64,000 nucleotides of DNA from a virus. Its lineage: Duplodnaviria; Caudoviricetes. Location of the stretch: positions 21,239 to 85,238 of IMG/VR virus record IMGVR_UViG_3300032270_001445; one strand, given 5' to 3'. The notes beneath the pieces were generated by a model, which saw only the letters and a program-made list of their open reading frames with translations, was not told the origin of the DNA and did no database searches. A program made the translations under genes and the position numbers. Of this stretch, positions 9,887 to 19,090 are shown piece after piece (the first letter of the stretch is position 1; each line of letters starts with the position of its first letter).

Positions 9887-11122
9887 TTAGGCTGTTACGC
9901 GAATCTTTGACTGGAACTGAGGTGCCTTGTTGGCAAACCCGAACATCACATACATGATGTAGAGGCGCGTAAGGGCACCGTTCACGCCGATTGGAATCTC
10001 GAGGGTCGTGATTGAGTCAGAGCCAAGATATGGCATTGACCAACCGGCCTCGTCTACCACGTACATATCGCGGTAGCTGGTTCCGGAGATTGCGTATCCA
10101 CCGATGGCATCACCAGGAACGGCAAGGATTGGCAAGTTGCCAGCTGCCGTAACTACTGAACCGAAGGTTGCGCCAGCAGCCTGATCCGTCTGCGAAGGTG
10201 CATTGTAACGAACGAGGTTTGTAAGCTCGTTCACAAGACCAGCGTAGTCGGTTGGGGTGCAGACGATGGCCGACGGAGCGCCACCGTTGTCCAGAACGCC
10301 AGCAACTGCGGTGTTGATGGTGGACAGGTATGAAGCCGTCCCCTTGCCAACAATGCCGTTACCAGCAGCTGCAGCGGACCCGAGCAGCTTGCGAAGCCCG
10401 TCAAACGAGTTGGCATCATAAGCACCAAGCTCGGTTGTTGAGGTAGCACCTGTCGTAACCGTTGCGTTGCCCTGGAACAGGGTCTTCTGAAGCTTGTGGG
10501 CAATGCCGGTCACGCCGCTGCCAAGCTCCTGCGAAAGGCCATTGAACGGCGAGCCGCCCTGACCAAGCGCGAACTGATTCTTGAGCGTGATACCACGGCG
10601 TGTCGCAAGAACGGCCACGTTGGTCGTCTGGCGTGAATACGTCGCGTTATCGTCGGTCACAGTGCCAGTTTCAGTCTGGAAGACTGCGTCACCGTAAGCC
10701 GTCTGCTGGTTGAACGCGTGCACGAGGCCGTTTGCAGGCTCCTTGCGGATGCGCTCAAAGAATGGGAACTTCTTCACGAACAGGCTGTAAAGGATTGGCT
10801 CGAGGTCCTGGCGGATAAGCGCCGAACCGCTGCTGCTGTCAAGTGCCTTTGCAATCTGTGGGTTTGACATCGCAAGCTGGTTAAGCACGGCCGAATCGGC
10901 CTGCTTGCCTGCCTGTGTCGAAGCCTGAACATCAAGCATCTCGTTGAGTTCAGTTGCCGAAAGCTTTGAGAACTTCTTGCGAAGCTCGCGCTGAACGGCA
11001 TATGCCTCGGCTGGGTCAAACGATGACTTCTTATCTACATCGATGTCTCGACCGATGTGGCCGTCGTTAAGGGAGTTTAGACCCTTCTCGACGTCCTGTA
11101 GCTTCTCTCGTATCTCAGACAT
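9887..11122 (-). CDS. Major capsid protein (HK97 fold)
   Basis: 411 aa directly after protease/scaffold; LIRQDLEP, FDGLRKLL, PSAIVC pattern, YVMFGFANKAPQFQSKI end. Confidence 0.85.
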   Translation of the reverse strand: MSEIREKLQDVEKGLNSLNDGHIGRDIDVDKKSSFDPAEAYAVQRELRKKFSKLSATELNEMLDVQASTQAGKQADSAVLNQLAMSNPQIAKALDSSSGSALIRQDLEPILYSLFVKKFPFFERIRKEPANGLVHAFNQQTAYGDAVFQTETGTVTDDNATYSRQTTNVAVLATRRGITLKNQFALGQGGSPFNGLSQELGSGVTGIAHKLQKTLFQGNATVTTGATSTTELGAYDANSFDGLRKLLGSAAAAGNGIVGKGTASYLSTINTAVAGVLDNGGAPSAIVCTPTDYAGLVNELTNLVRYNAPSQTDQAAGATFGSVVTAAGNLPILAVPGDAIGGYAISGTSYRDMYVVDEAGWSMPYLGSDSITTLEIPIGVNGALTRLYIMYVMFGFANKAPQFQSKIRVTA

Positions 11123-11125
11123 TTT

Positions 11126-13009
11126 CTACTCCTCGTCTTGCGCCTCAAGGACGCGCTGTACATATGGGCTTAGCCACGGAGCAAACTCCGGTGACTTTAC
11201 ACGAACTTCCTGCGGACGGTCATAAGACTTTCTGCCGACCCCAAGAGCGCTGATGCGCTCAATGAGTTCGAGCGCCTTCGAAAGATCCTCTTCGACCTTG
11301 GCCTTCGCCTCAGCAAGTTCGGTCACGCGCACAGAAATGGCAGCGACCTCCTCGTGAGCAGCATTGGCTGCATCGAGAGCGGACTTTGCGATCGACTTGA
11401 CTTCGTCAATAGACGAAACCTCGTCAGCCTCGACATTCTCCGCCGCCGGGGCCTCCTCAACGGGGGCCTCGACAACAACTTCCGCCTCTGCCGTTTCCGG
11501 CTGTACGGATGATTCATTTTCGCCGTCTGCAGACTTTTCAGCCTCGACTAGCGTGGCGCCAAGCGCCTCAAGGGCCTCAACCACAGGGTCCTTCTCGGAC
11601 TCTTCGGCCTCGGCATCCTCTTCTACGTTAACGGCTGGCTCAGTATCCTCTGGGCTGGCTGAGGCCTTAACCTCTTCCTTCTCCTCGGCCTGATCAACTT
11701 CAGCAACTGGCTCCATTGCTGGGGCCTGCTGCCTCTCGTCTCCATCCGTGCTGACCGTAACGGTCACGCGAGTCTTCTTCTCTTCGATTTCCATTGAACT
11801 CTCCTGTTCATTCTTCTTGCTTGACGTAAATCCATTGGACACAACGCCGGAGGATGACGCCTCTTCCGTTGCTGTATCTTCGACGTCAATGCCACCAGCA
11901 CCAGTATCAGTCTCGACTTCGGCGAGCGAAGATCGAATCTGCCATGACCATTTCTGGTGCATGTCCTGGCGTTCAGCAAGGAAATTTGCAATCCCCTGCT
12001 GATTTTGTCTGGTAGCAACGTCAAATGCGGAGAGAATCCGCTTGATAAGGGCCTCGTTTGCGGAATAGACCGAAGAAGCCAAGCTTTCTGGGTCGTAGTC
12101 ATCCGCAATTGGCTGTGGCGAGGACATGAGGGCAAGCTCTCTTATCTCTGCAGGGGCAGGGACGTTAAGCTTTCTAATGTTCTCGGCGAGCGGATCTAGC
12201 GAGCCGTAGACATCCTCGTAGATCTCGCCAAAAAGCTCATGATACTGAGCAAAGGCTGGCCCAACAACGTTCCAATGCGCTCCGTGGGCCTTCACATAGA
12301 GGGCCGCAGAGTCGGCAAGCACGCCAGCAAGGGCTCCGGCAAGGGCAATGTTTTCCGGTGACGTCTCGCCCTCAATCTCAAGAGACTTGATCGAATCAAT
12401 AATCTCCCTGGCCTTTGCAAACTTATTGTTGATCTCTTCGTAGTCTTCACCAGACTCGATGCTGTCGAGGTTTACACCTGCAGCCTTGATGCTCTTAATT
12501 GCATTGTGCAAGTAGGATCTCTGGTTCGCCGGAATCCCTACAACGCTTGCCTCCATGAGGCGAACCTTCTCGATAACAATGGACTCAGGCTGGCTGTCCG
12601 TAGCCGCCTTGCGGCTTGCCTTCTCGACTCGTGCGCCAATGGATAGTCCGAGCTTGACGCCGCGCTTGATTGCGCGATATGCGCGAAGTGCCTCTGGGTT
12701 TTCGTCCTCGTTTACGACACGAATGTTGACGTCCAGGTCATAAACCTCTTGCCCAGTCTCGGAGTCAAATCGCTTGACAATCTGAGCGTCCATTGCGGAT
12801 CCAAAAAGATCTTCTGGAACGTTGTAGTTGTGATTAAGAAACACAGTCATATTCTGTCTTGCCGTATCGGCCATTGACTTCAACGCGTTCAGGGACATCT
12901 CATCTCCGTGAAGGTCCCTGATCGTGGAGGAGGTGGTCCCAGTGACAAATCGCTCGCCACCCTCATTTTCGTAGGCCTTCAAGGCATTGGTGTAAATCTT
13001 GAATTCCAA
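11126..13009 (-). CDS. HK97-type prohead protease fused to a Dps/ferritin-like domain and an acidic scaffold
   Basis: Protease: RDLHGDEM, FLNHN, GLSIG, EASVVGIPAN. Dps: AHGAHWNVVGPAFAQYHELFGEIYEDVYGSLDPLAENIRKL...HQKWSWQIRS. Acidic tail with coiled coil. Confidence 0.88.
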   Translation of the reverse strand: MEFKIYTNALKAYENEGGERFVTGTTSSTIRDLHGDEMSLNALKSMADTARQNMTVFLNHNYNVPEDLFGSAMDAQIVKRFDSETGQEVYDLDVNIRVVNEDENPEALRAYRAIKRGVKLGLSIGARVEKASRKAATDSQPESIVIEKVRLMEASVVGIPANQRSYLHNAIKSIKAAGVNLDSIESGEDYEEINNKFAKAREIIDSIKSLEIEGETSPENIALAGALAGVLADSAALYVKAHGAHWNVVGPAFAQYHELFGEIYEDVYGSLDPLAENIRKLNVPAPAEIRELALMSSPQPIADDYDPESLASSVYSANEALIKRILSAFDVATRQNQQGIANFLAERQDMHQKWSWQIRSSLAEVETDTGAGGIDVEDTATEEASSSGVVSNGFTSSKKNEQESSMEIEEKKTRVTVTVSTDGDERQQAPAMEPVAEVDQAEEKEEVKASASPEDTEPAVNVEEDAEAEESEKDPVVEALEALGATLVEAEKSADGENESSVQPETAEAEVVVEAPVEEAPAAENVEADEVSSIDEVKSIAKSALDAANAAHEEVAAISVRVTELAEAKAKVEEDLSKALELIERISALGVGRKSYDRPQEVRVKSPEFAPWLSPYVQRVLEAQDEE

Positions 13010-13160
13010 AATCAGATCCCCCGGCTACTGCGATTTGTTGGACAGGCAGACCGGCCAGGCAGGCCGATAAACACCTGTGTCAGTAGATAGTCCCGTATAA
13101 GCACCATCAGATAATCCCCCCTGGCTGCCATGTTTTCAAGGCTATTGATTCCTACGCATA

Positions 13161-13205
13161 ATAATACACTAGTTTTCACACAAAATGCAGAGTTGTGTGT
13201 ATACT
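13161..13205. promoter_or_regulatory. Back-to-back -10 boxes: GTG-TATTAT (-, head operon) and GTG-TATACT (+, portal operon)
   Basis: ataatacac at 13161-13169; gtgtatact at 13197-13205, 6 nt before ATG 13212. Confidence 0.5.
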
Positions 13206-13211
13206 GTCATC

Positions 13212-13724
13212 ATGTGTGATGGGACGGCAGTCAAATGCCATTTGTGTCTAGAGCTGAATGAGGCCGAAACCGGCCTGATTGAGATTGTCCTTGCCATCCG
13301 AAAAATACAGAAAACCCTTGCCCCAATTATGCGAAGATACGAGGAGATACACCGGGCCCACCCAAGGTGTGCGATGTGCACCATCATGGTTGGGCCTGAG
13401 CATATGGAGGCCGATCTGGTCCCAGAGCCGATGGTTCCGAGGGCCAAGGGCCAGAAGCGGTATGCCGTATGCAACGACTGCCACAAGATCCTCTCTAGGC
13501 TTAAGAGGAGCGTCCCCCAGCAGATCAAGTATCAGCGCCACGTAGAAGAAGAATTGGTCAGGGTGGCGGATGAGGATGATAAGGTTTATGATGGTTTCTG
13601 GAAAAAGTTCCGCGAAGAGAATCCGACAGATCCATCGGCCGTCGGTAAGTTAATGGGAAACCTGGACTCTGTTGCGGAGATCATGTCTGAAGACTATGCT
13701 GAAGAGGTCGATGAGGATGCTTGA
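13212..13724 (+). CDS. Hypothetical Zn-binding protein (CxxC x3)
   Basis: CHLC, CAMC, CNDC motifs. Confidence 0.6.
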   Translation: MCDGTAVKCHLCLELNEAETGLIEIVLAIRKIQKTLAPIMRRYEEIHRAHPRCAMCTIMVGPEHMEADLVPEPMVPRAKGQKRYAVCNDCHKILSRLKRSVPQQIKYQRHVEEELVRVADEDDKVYDGFWKKFREENPTDPSAVGKLMGNLDSVAEIMSEDYAEEVDEDA

Positions 13725-13956
13725 AGTTAGCGAAAGCGTCGAGATGCAATTTGAGGACGGTAGATACGTTGTGCCAAAGTGGTGGTCCCGTCTTCCCTCA
13801 TTTCGTGGCATTGGGATGGTTGATGGGATTCGTATGATACCATTCAACTATACAGATGCCAGGGGCATTGTGAATAAAGACTTGGATCAAACAGCAATTA
13901 CTAACGCTATTAGATCATGGAGAACAAGAAAGCCGAAGGAGCAAAACCCGTGGTGA
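13717..13956 (+). CDS. Hypothetical protein
   Basis: GAGG RBS, overlaps both neighbours. Confidence 0.5.
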   Translation: MLEVSESVEMQFEDGRYVVPKWWSRLPSFRGIGMVDGIRMIPFNYTDARGIVNKDLDQTAITNAIRSWRTRKPKEQNPW

Positions 13957-16115
13957 TGATGCCCTGGGAGCGCGTAAGTCGCTCCACAGCAAATGTTCAG
14001 GCTGAAGCAGATGTTCAGGCAATAAAGGATGCAATTCTGATTCCTAACTATGACGCGCAGCCTTATGCGCGCGGGGCGGGGCAAAGTACGGTTCAGAAAA
14101 GATCAGTCAATATGCTGCGCAAGTGGTCGCGTAACAATCCGTGGATTCGCTCTGCGATAAATCTTCGTAGGCAGCAGATCAGCCGGGCGCGATGGGATAT
14201 TGTCACGATTGATGGCGAAAGCCAGGCAAACGTGGAAATTGTGCACAAGATTAAGCACTTGCTTCGTGATCCAAACACAAGAATGGATTCATGGCGCTCA
14301 TTCATCGAGCCCGTTGTCGAGGACATACTTGTTCTTGACCAGGGGTGCATTGAGAAGGAGCTGACCGTTGGGGCGCGTGCCGGAAGGAGCACCGACCCGA
14401 TTAAGAATCTTTGGCCAAAAGATGGTTCAAGAATTGCGTTTGACCCAGCATGGGACGGATCAAACCTTAAGAAGCCAAGGTACTTTGAGTACGACGATAC
14501 CGGCAAGGTCGTTGCTGACTACAAGAACGAAGAGATGGTGGTGATTGTTGCCAACAAGGTGACGTATTCTCCACTCGGGCTTTCCCCGCTCGAGGTTCTA
14601 GCGGAAACCATTGAGGCAGATCTTCGCGCGGCGAAGTACAACAACAACATTGTTGAACAGGCGACTCCCCCTGGCATTATTGATCTTGGCGAGGGCGTGC
14701 GCCCAGACCAGGTAGATGCCTTCAAGTCATACTGGGAAGGCGAGATTGCAGGCAAGAGCCAGACCGCCATCACGGGCGGGGGCAAGGGTGTCAAGTGGAT
14801 ACCAATGGCCCAATCGAATCGCGACATGCAATTCATGGAGTGGCAGATCTATCTCGCGAGAAAGATCTGTGCAGTCTTCGGCGTTCAGCCGCAAGACATC
14901 GGACTCAACTTTGATGTAAACAAGAGTACGTCTGAGTACGGGGCAGCGTTCACTGCCGATAACGGGATCGCACCGCTGTGCGAGCTGATCGCGGACTATA
15001 TTACCCGCGAGATCGTCTGGCTGTATGACAGAAACCTAAGATTTGTTTACACCGACGTTGGCAGGGAATCTGCCCAGGCAGTCGCCGACTACTACAAGGC
15101 CGCACTTGCAGGTCTTCCGTGGCTGCGGCTCAACGATGCCCTTAAGGAGCGAGGACAGGATGCCGTTGGCGACCTTGGCAATGAGATCTGGCTTCCGAGC
15201 CCGCTTGGGTACATGCCACTCAGGTACTACGAGCTTTACCTCAAGGGCAAGGTTGGCGACCCCGACCAACCGGCACCACCAACCGTTCCAGACGCTCCTG
15301 AGGGTGCAGTGGACGATTCTCCAGGCGCGCCGAAGCCGCCGAGCAAGCCGGACCAAGGCAAGGATCAGCTAGATTCAAAGCCAAATCCCGACATGAACGC
15401 GCGCCAGCAATCCGGCAAGAAGTCTGCTGTGATTATTGAGTCAGACAATGTCCTGGACGAGAACTGCCCCGCCCACATAATTGATGAGCTTGACATGTAC
15501 ATCGAGGCAGGGGTGGAAATCATTGCAATCACACGCTCAAAGGAAAGCCCTGATCTGATTAAGGATCTTCTTGGGGATTTCGGAATACCTGTCGCAGATG
15601 TAATTCGCAACACGTTCCCGGACGACGCCGCCCTCCACTTTAAGAGATACGAGTCTCAGAAGGTTGAAAGAGACGGCTACAATGTGGTCGCATTCTACGA
15701 TACTGACGAACAGGCGGCGCGCGCGTACTCTTCGTCTCATCCAACAGCGAAGAACATTGCCGAGGTTGAAATCGAGAACGCCGACGGGATAAACCTCGAT
15801 GTTCCTTCTGGCGTGAAGTCTGAGGCCCAGAAGGGTCTCGACTGGAGAAGAGAGTTTGGTCGTGGCGGTATTGGCCCAGGCCAGCAAACCGCACGAATGC
15901 TCGTTGGCAACAAGATGACAGTTGCTCGCGTCAGAAAGATGCGTTCGTATCTTGCCCGTCACGAGGTTGACAAGAAGGGTGAAGGCTGGGCACCAGGGCA
16001 AAAGGGTTTCCCTTCTGCTGGAAGAATCGCCTGGGCTCTCTGGGGTGGAGATGCTGGCAAGGCATGGTCAAACAAGGTAATGCGATCAGTAGAATCCCGC
16101 GAAGCGAATGGCTGA
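13917..16115 (+). CDS. HK97-family portal protein with C-terminal HAD-like domain and a further head-associated domain
   Basis: YSPLGLSPLE, PPGIID, DMQFMEWQ...ICAVFGVQP, RLNDALKERG; then Pro-rich linker, IIESDNVL...FYDTD HAD-like region and PSAGRIAWALWGGDAG domain. Confidence 0.9.
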   Translation: MENKKAEGAKPVVMMPWERVSRSTANVQAEADVQAIKDAILIPNYDAQPYARGAGQSTVQKRSVNMLRKWSRNNPWIRSAINLRRQQISRARWDIVTIDGESQANVEIVHKIKHLLRDPNTRMDSWRSFIEPVVEDILVLDQGCIEKELTVGARAGRSTDPIKNLWPKDGSRIAFDPAWDGSNLKKPRYFEYDDTGKVVADYKNEEMVVIVANKVTYSPLGLSPLEVLAETIEADLRAAKYNNNIVEQATPPGIIDLGEGVRPDQVDAFKSYWEGEIAGKSQTAITGGGKGVKWIPMAQSNRDMQFMEWQIYLARKICAVFGVQPQDIGLNFDVNKSTSEYGAAFTADNGIAPLCELIADYITREIVWLYDRNLRFVYTDVGRESAQAVADYYKAALAGLPWLRLNDALKERGQDAVGDLGNEIWLPSPLGYMPLRYYELYLKGKVGDPDQPAPPTVPDAPEGAVDDSPGAPKPPSKPDQGKDQLDSKPNPDMNARQQSGKKSAVIIESDNVLDENCPAHIIDELDMYIEAGVEIIAITRSKESPDLIKDLLGDFGIPVADVIRNTFPDDAALHFKRYESQKVERDGYNVVAFYDTDEQAARAYSSSHPTAKNIAEVEIENADGINLDVPSGVKSEAQKGLDWRREFGRGGIGPGQQTARMLVGNKMTVARVRKMRSYLARHEVDKKGEGWAPGQKGFPSAGRIAWALWGGDAGKAWSNKVMRSVESREANG

Positions 16116-16254
16116 TAAGTTTTATCATCAGCAGCCCTGCTTCTGCATGCCATGCCGAGTTCTGAAGGATTCCGGAGAGGCACCAAGGCCAAAGTTAATT
16201 GACGTGGACAAGGAGCCAGTCATTAAGAAAAGCCGTGGGCGAAAGAAGTCCTAA
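16108..16254 (+). CDS. 48-aa Cys-containing basic peptide
   Basis: Manual translation MADKFYHQQPCFCMPCRVL...KKSRGRKKS; TAATG coupling to the HNH gene. Confidence 0.5.
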   Translation: MADKFYHQQPCFCMPCRVLKDSGEAPRPKLIDVDKEPVIKKSRGRKKS

Positions 16255-16568
16255 TGGGTCATCGAGATCCGGTTACGCCCGTAATGAGAAAAGCCGTCTT
16301 GGCCAGGGACAAAGGGTGCGTTGGGCCAAGGATTGGCATGCACGACCAGTGCGGAAGCCAGTTTGGTCCTGGTACAGGCATCGTCCTGGAGATGGATCAC
16401 GTTTTCAGCTATGGTATGGGGAGGCGAGGGCCATCAGAGGAATGGAACCTGGTGACCCTTTGCGGCTGGCATCACCGGATTAAAACGGAGTCCTCTCGCA
16501 AATGGCGTGAGGCTATATACGAATATTTGGAGGGCTTTGCATATGATCGAGGAGAATACGTCCCCTAG
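16254..16568 (+). CDS. HNH endonuclease (possibly packaging-associated)
   Basis: VLARDKGC...EMDHV...NLVTLCGWHHRIKT. Confidence 0.85.
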   Translation: MGHRDPVTPVMRKAVLARDKGCVGPRIGMHDQCGSQFGPGTGIVLEMDHVFSYGMGRRGPSEEWNLVTLCGWHHRIKTESSRKWREAIYEYLEGFAYDRGEYVP

Positions 16569-16716
16569 CGGATATTGTCACAGCAAGGTATGTCCCGCAC
16601 GAAAGTGGGGCCTCACCCGGAAGGGACTCGGACCCCTCGTAAAGAAAGGCAACGACAAGTACCACCTGTCATGCCTCCCCGAACGCGCCTTGACAAGAGG
16701 TGATACAATCAAGTAA
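16543..16716 (+). CDS. Small Cys/His protein
   Basis: GGAGG RBS; CHSKVC...YHLSC. Confidence 0.4.
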   Translation: MIEENTSPSGYCHSKVCPARKWGLTRKGLGPLVKKGNDKYHLSCLPERALTRGDTIK

Positions 16717-16738
16717 GGTCATACTCGAAGGAGGGAAG

Positions 16739-17062
16739 ATGGCTGAAAAGGGGATCTGGTGGAGATCCTGCTACGCATGTAGCGGGAAACTCTATGAGCT
16801 CACAACTGGAATGCTGTTTTGCTCAAATGAGCACTGCATGCGTGGCGGCAGAGTGATGAGCTTTGATGAGACCATCGATAAGGCGGGATCTACGCACTCT
16901 TCGTGTATTTTGGATGAGTGCTATTCCCATAGCAAGGGGAGATACGAGAATGACGGAACTGGAGATGGTGAAGCTCGGGAGTTGGCGATTCAGTCTTCAT
17001 CTAAAAAGGGTGCTCGACAGATCAGACTCCGTAGAAAAGCCGAAGGTGGCGATCGGGTTTGA
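16739..17062 (+). CDS. Hypothetical Zn-ribbon protein
   Basis: AGGAGG RBS, TGaTACAAT extended -10 at 16701-16709; CYAC...CSNEHC. Confidence 0.5.
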   Translation: MAEKGIWWRSCYACSGKLYELTTGMLFCSNEHCMRGGRVMSFDETIDKAGSTHSSCILDECYSHSKGRYENDGTGDGEARELAIQSSSKKGARQIRLRRKAEGGDRV

Positions 17063-17189
17063 GGCTGCAAATGCAGCCGCTGGAATGGAGCCGGAACTGA
17101 CCCCCGAAGATCACTCGGCGTACTACGAGGGAATCAACTACGCTCTCCAGCAATGGCTAGTCGGCTCGGATGAGTCTGGAAGGGATTGA
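16950..17189 (+). CDS. Hypothetical protein
   Basis: GGGAG RBS, operon context. Confidence 0.5.
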   Translation: MTELEMVKLGSWRFSLHLKRVLDRSDSVEKPKVAIGFEAANAAAGMEPELTPEDHSAYYEGINYALQQWLVGSDESGRD

Positions 17190-17463
17190 AGTACCAATGA
17201 AGCAAACAGGGCCAAACTTTGCAGAGCAGCGCCTGCTTCAACGCAAGAAGACCGCCTGGGTGTGGAGACTGCTCGAGGAAACTGGGATCAAGAGAAGGTT
17301 TCTTGCACGGCACCTTGGGGTGTCGTATGGTTATCTAAACCAAGTGCAGTATGGGCAGGCGCCAATCAGTAAGCCGATGCGCCAGCGTATTTCTGAATTT
17401 CTTGGTGTTGATGAAGCAAAGCTGTTCGAGGATCTCGACCAGTACATGAATAAGGAGGACTGA
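17170..17463 (+). CDS. XRE-like HTH DNA-binding protein
   Basis: IKRRFLARHLGVSYGYLNQVQYG...ISEFLGV. Confidence 0.75.
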   Translation: MSLEGIEVPMKQTGPNFAEQRLLQRKKTAWVWRLLEETGIKRRFLARHLGVSYGYLNQVQYGQAPISKPMRQRISEFLGVDEAKLFEDLDQYMNKED

Positions 17464-17464
17464 A

Positions 17465-18064
17465 ATGGCATTCGATAAGAGCGCACTCAAGGATTACGTG
17501 GATGTAGCGGAGCGAATTCGCGCGTGGTACGAAGCGTATCCAAATGCACGAATCGAAACGAAAATTGTTGAGCACACGGAGAAGCGCGTGGTGATTGAGG
17601 CTCGTGCTTACCGCGGTATAAAGGGCGAGGGCAGCAGCGACGACCTCGGGTTTATAGATCACTACCCAGCAGGAATCGGACACAGCGCGATGCAGATTCC
17701 AGGCGCTACGCCGTACACCCGCGGTTCTGAGATTGAGAACTGCGAGACGTCGGCAGTTGGTCGCGCCCTTGTTATGGCCGGTCTTCCGTCAAAGCGTATT
17801 GCTTCAGACGACGAGATAAAGTCAAAGGGCGGCACGTCAAAGACGCTCGCGAAGGCTGCTGCAGAAGTGTTTGAGGACATGGTCCTTGCTCCGCATGTAC
17901 AGAAGTTCTCCGACGATTTTGACGCGGCGACCACAATGGAGCAGTTGAACGCAGTGGGGCAGAAGGTAAACAACTCTTCCGCTGACGGAATCGAAATTGA
18001 CGAGATTTCCCGAGAGTTCCTTGTCAAGAAATTCAAGAGCCGCCGCACGGAGATCGTTGGATGA
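17465..18064 (+). CDS. Rad52/Sak-like single-strand annealing protein
   Basis: YVDVAERI...PNARIET...ENCETSAVGRAL; next to exonuclease. Confidence 0.6.
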   Translation: MAFDKSALKDYVDVAERIRAWYEAYPNARIETKIVEHTEKRVVIEARAYRGIKGEGSSDDLGFIDHYPAGIGHSAMQIPGATPYTRGSEIENCETSAVGRALVMAGLPSKRIASDDEIKSKGGTSKTLAKAAAEVFEDMVLAPHVQKFSDDFDAATTMEQLNAVGQKVNNSSADGIEIDEISREFLVKKFKSRRTEIVG

Positions 18065-18930
18065 TTGAGGAGCGAAATCCTCAGCACATCAGCGTCAGCG
18101 AGCTAAGAGAGTTTCTCTCTTGCCCGTTGCGCTGGTGGTACAAGTATCGCCTCGGCATGTGGACGAACCGCACTACGGCGTACTTTGCTCTTGGAACTTC
18201 CGTACACGCTGGTCTCCAGCGCTGGTACGAGCCCATCACTGGCGGTAAGCGCAACGGCGACCTTTCAATGGCCTACGACCACTACAGAAAGACGTGGGCG
18301 CTAGAGGCAGATAAGGTCGACTGGGGCGGAGAAAAGGAACGCGACTCAATGAGCGAGGGATTTGCTGGCGAGGAGATGCTTCGCGCAGCCATACTTGAAG
18401 GTGACGATTGGGAAGCCAAGCACGTTGAGCACACGCTGATGTCCGAGATCAAGCACTCCCGACTGGGAAAGCTTCCGATCAAGCTCAAGACAAATCTTGA
18501 CATGATCAACAAGGACCTCAATGTCGTGGAGCACAAGACGGCGCAGCGCAGGTGGGAAAAGGATAGGGAGAATGGCGACATTCAGGCAACAGCCTACGTC
18601 AATGCCATTAGAGAGAACTACAGTCATGACCCTACGATCACATTCAACATCATTAGCAATTCAGCCAAGGGTGTGAACGTGGATCGCAGAGTGACAACAA
18701 GAACACAGGATCAGATTGACACAATGTATATTGGCGCGAGGTCGTTCCTTGACGCGATTGAGAAGGGTGCAATCTATCCAAACCCAACGGCCTTTGCGCA
18801 CGCAACGTGCGAGTTTAAGACGTTGTGCAATAAGTTTGAGAGTCACCCGCAGCAGATTCCTGAAGACCGTAAGGAACTGTATAGAATGGTTCCAACATTG
18901 AAGAAAGGTCTTTGGCCTGACTGGGAATAA
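18061..18930 (+). CDS. PD-(D/E)XK RecB/Cas4-like exonuclease
   Basis: SVSELREFLSCPLRWW, LGTSVH, LDMI...VVEHKT, QATAY, CEFKTLC. Confidence 0.85.
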   Translation: MIEERNPQHISVSELREFLSCPLRWWYKYRLGMWTNRTTAYFALGTSVHAGLQRWYEPITGGKRNGDLSMAYDHYRKTWALEADKVDWGGEKERDSMSEGFAGEEMLRAAILEGDDWEAKHVEHTLMSEIKHSRLGKLPIKLKTNLDMINKDLNVVEHKTAQRRWEKDRENGDIQATAYVNAIRENYSHDPTITFNIISNSAKGVNVDRRVTTRTQDQIDTMYIGARSFLDAIEKGAIYPNPTAFAHATCEFKTLCNKFESHPQQIPEDRKELYRMVPTLKKGLWPDWE

Positions 18931-18940
18931 GGAGGAGTCG

Positions 18941-19090
18941 ATGTACGATTGGGCGATGAAGTGCGCGGCATGCGAGAAGATCAACACCTCAGAATATTTT
19001 CCGAATGACACAGACATTTGTGTTGATTGTCAGGAGGAAATTATTCCAGACCAGTTGAAACTACCACTTGGCGAAGGGGATCAGGGGTGA
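18941..19090 (+). CDS. 49-aa CxxC..CxxC microprotein
   Basis: Manual translation MYDWAMKCAACEK...ICVDCQEE; AGGAGG RBS. Confidence 0.6.
   Translation: MYDWAMKCAACEKINTSEYFPNDTDICVDCQEEIIPDQLKLPLGEGDQG

Noticed and set aside
16690-16709. TTGACA...TACAAT as a canonical -35/-10 pair
   Set aside because: Spacer is only 8 nt; kept only as an extended -10
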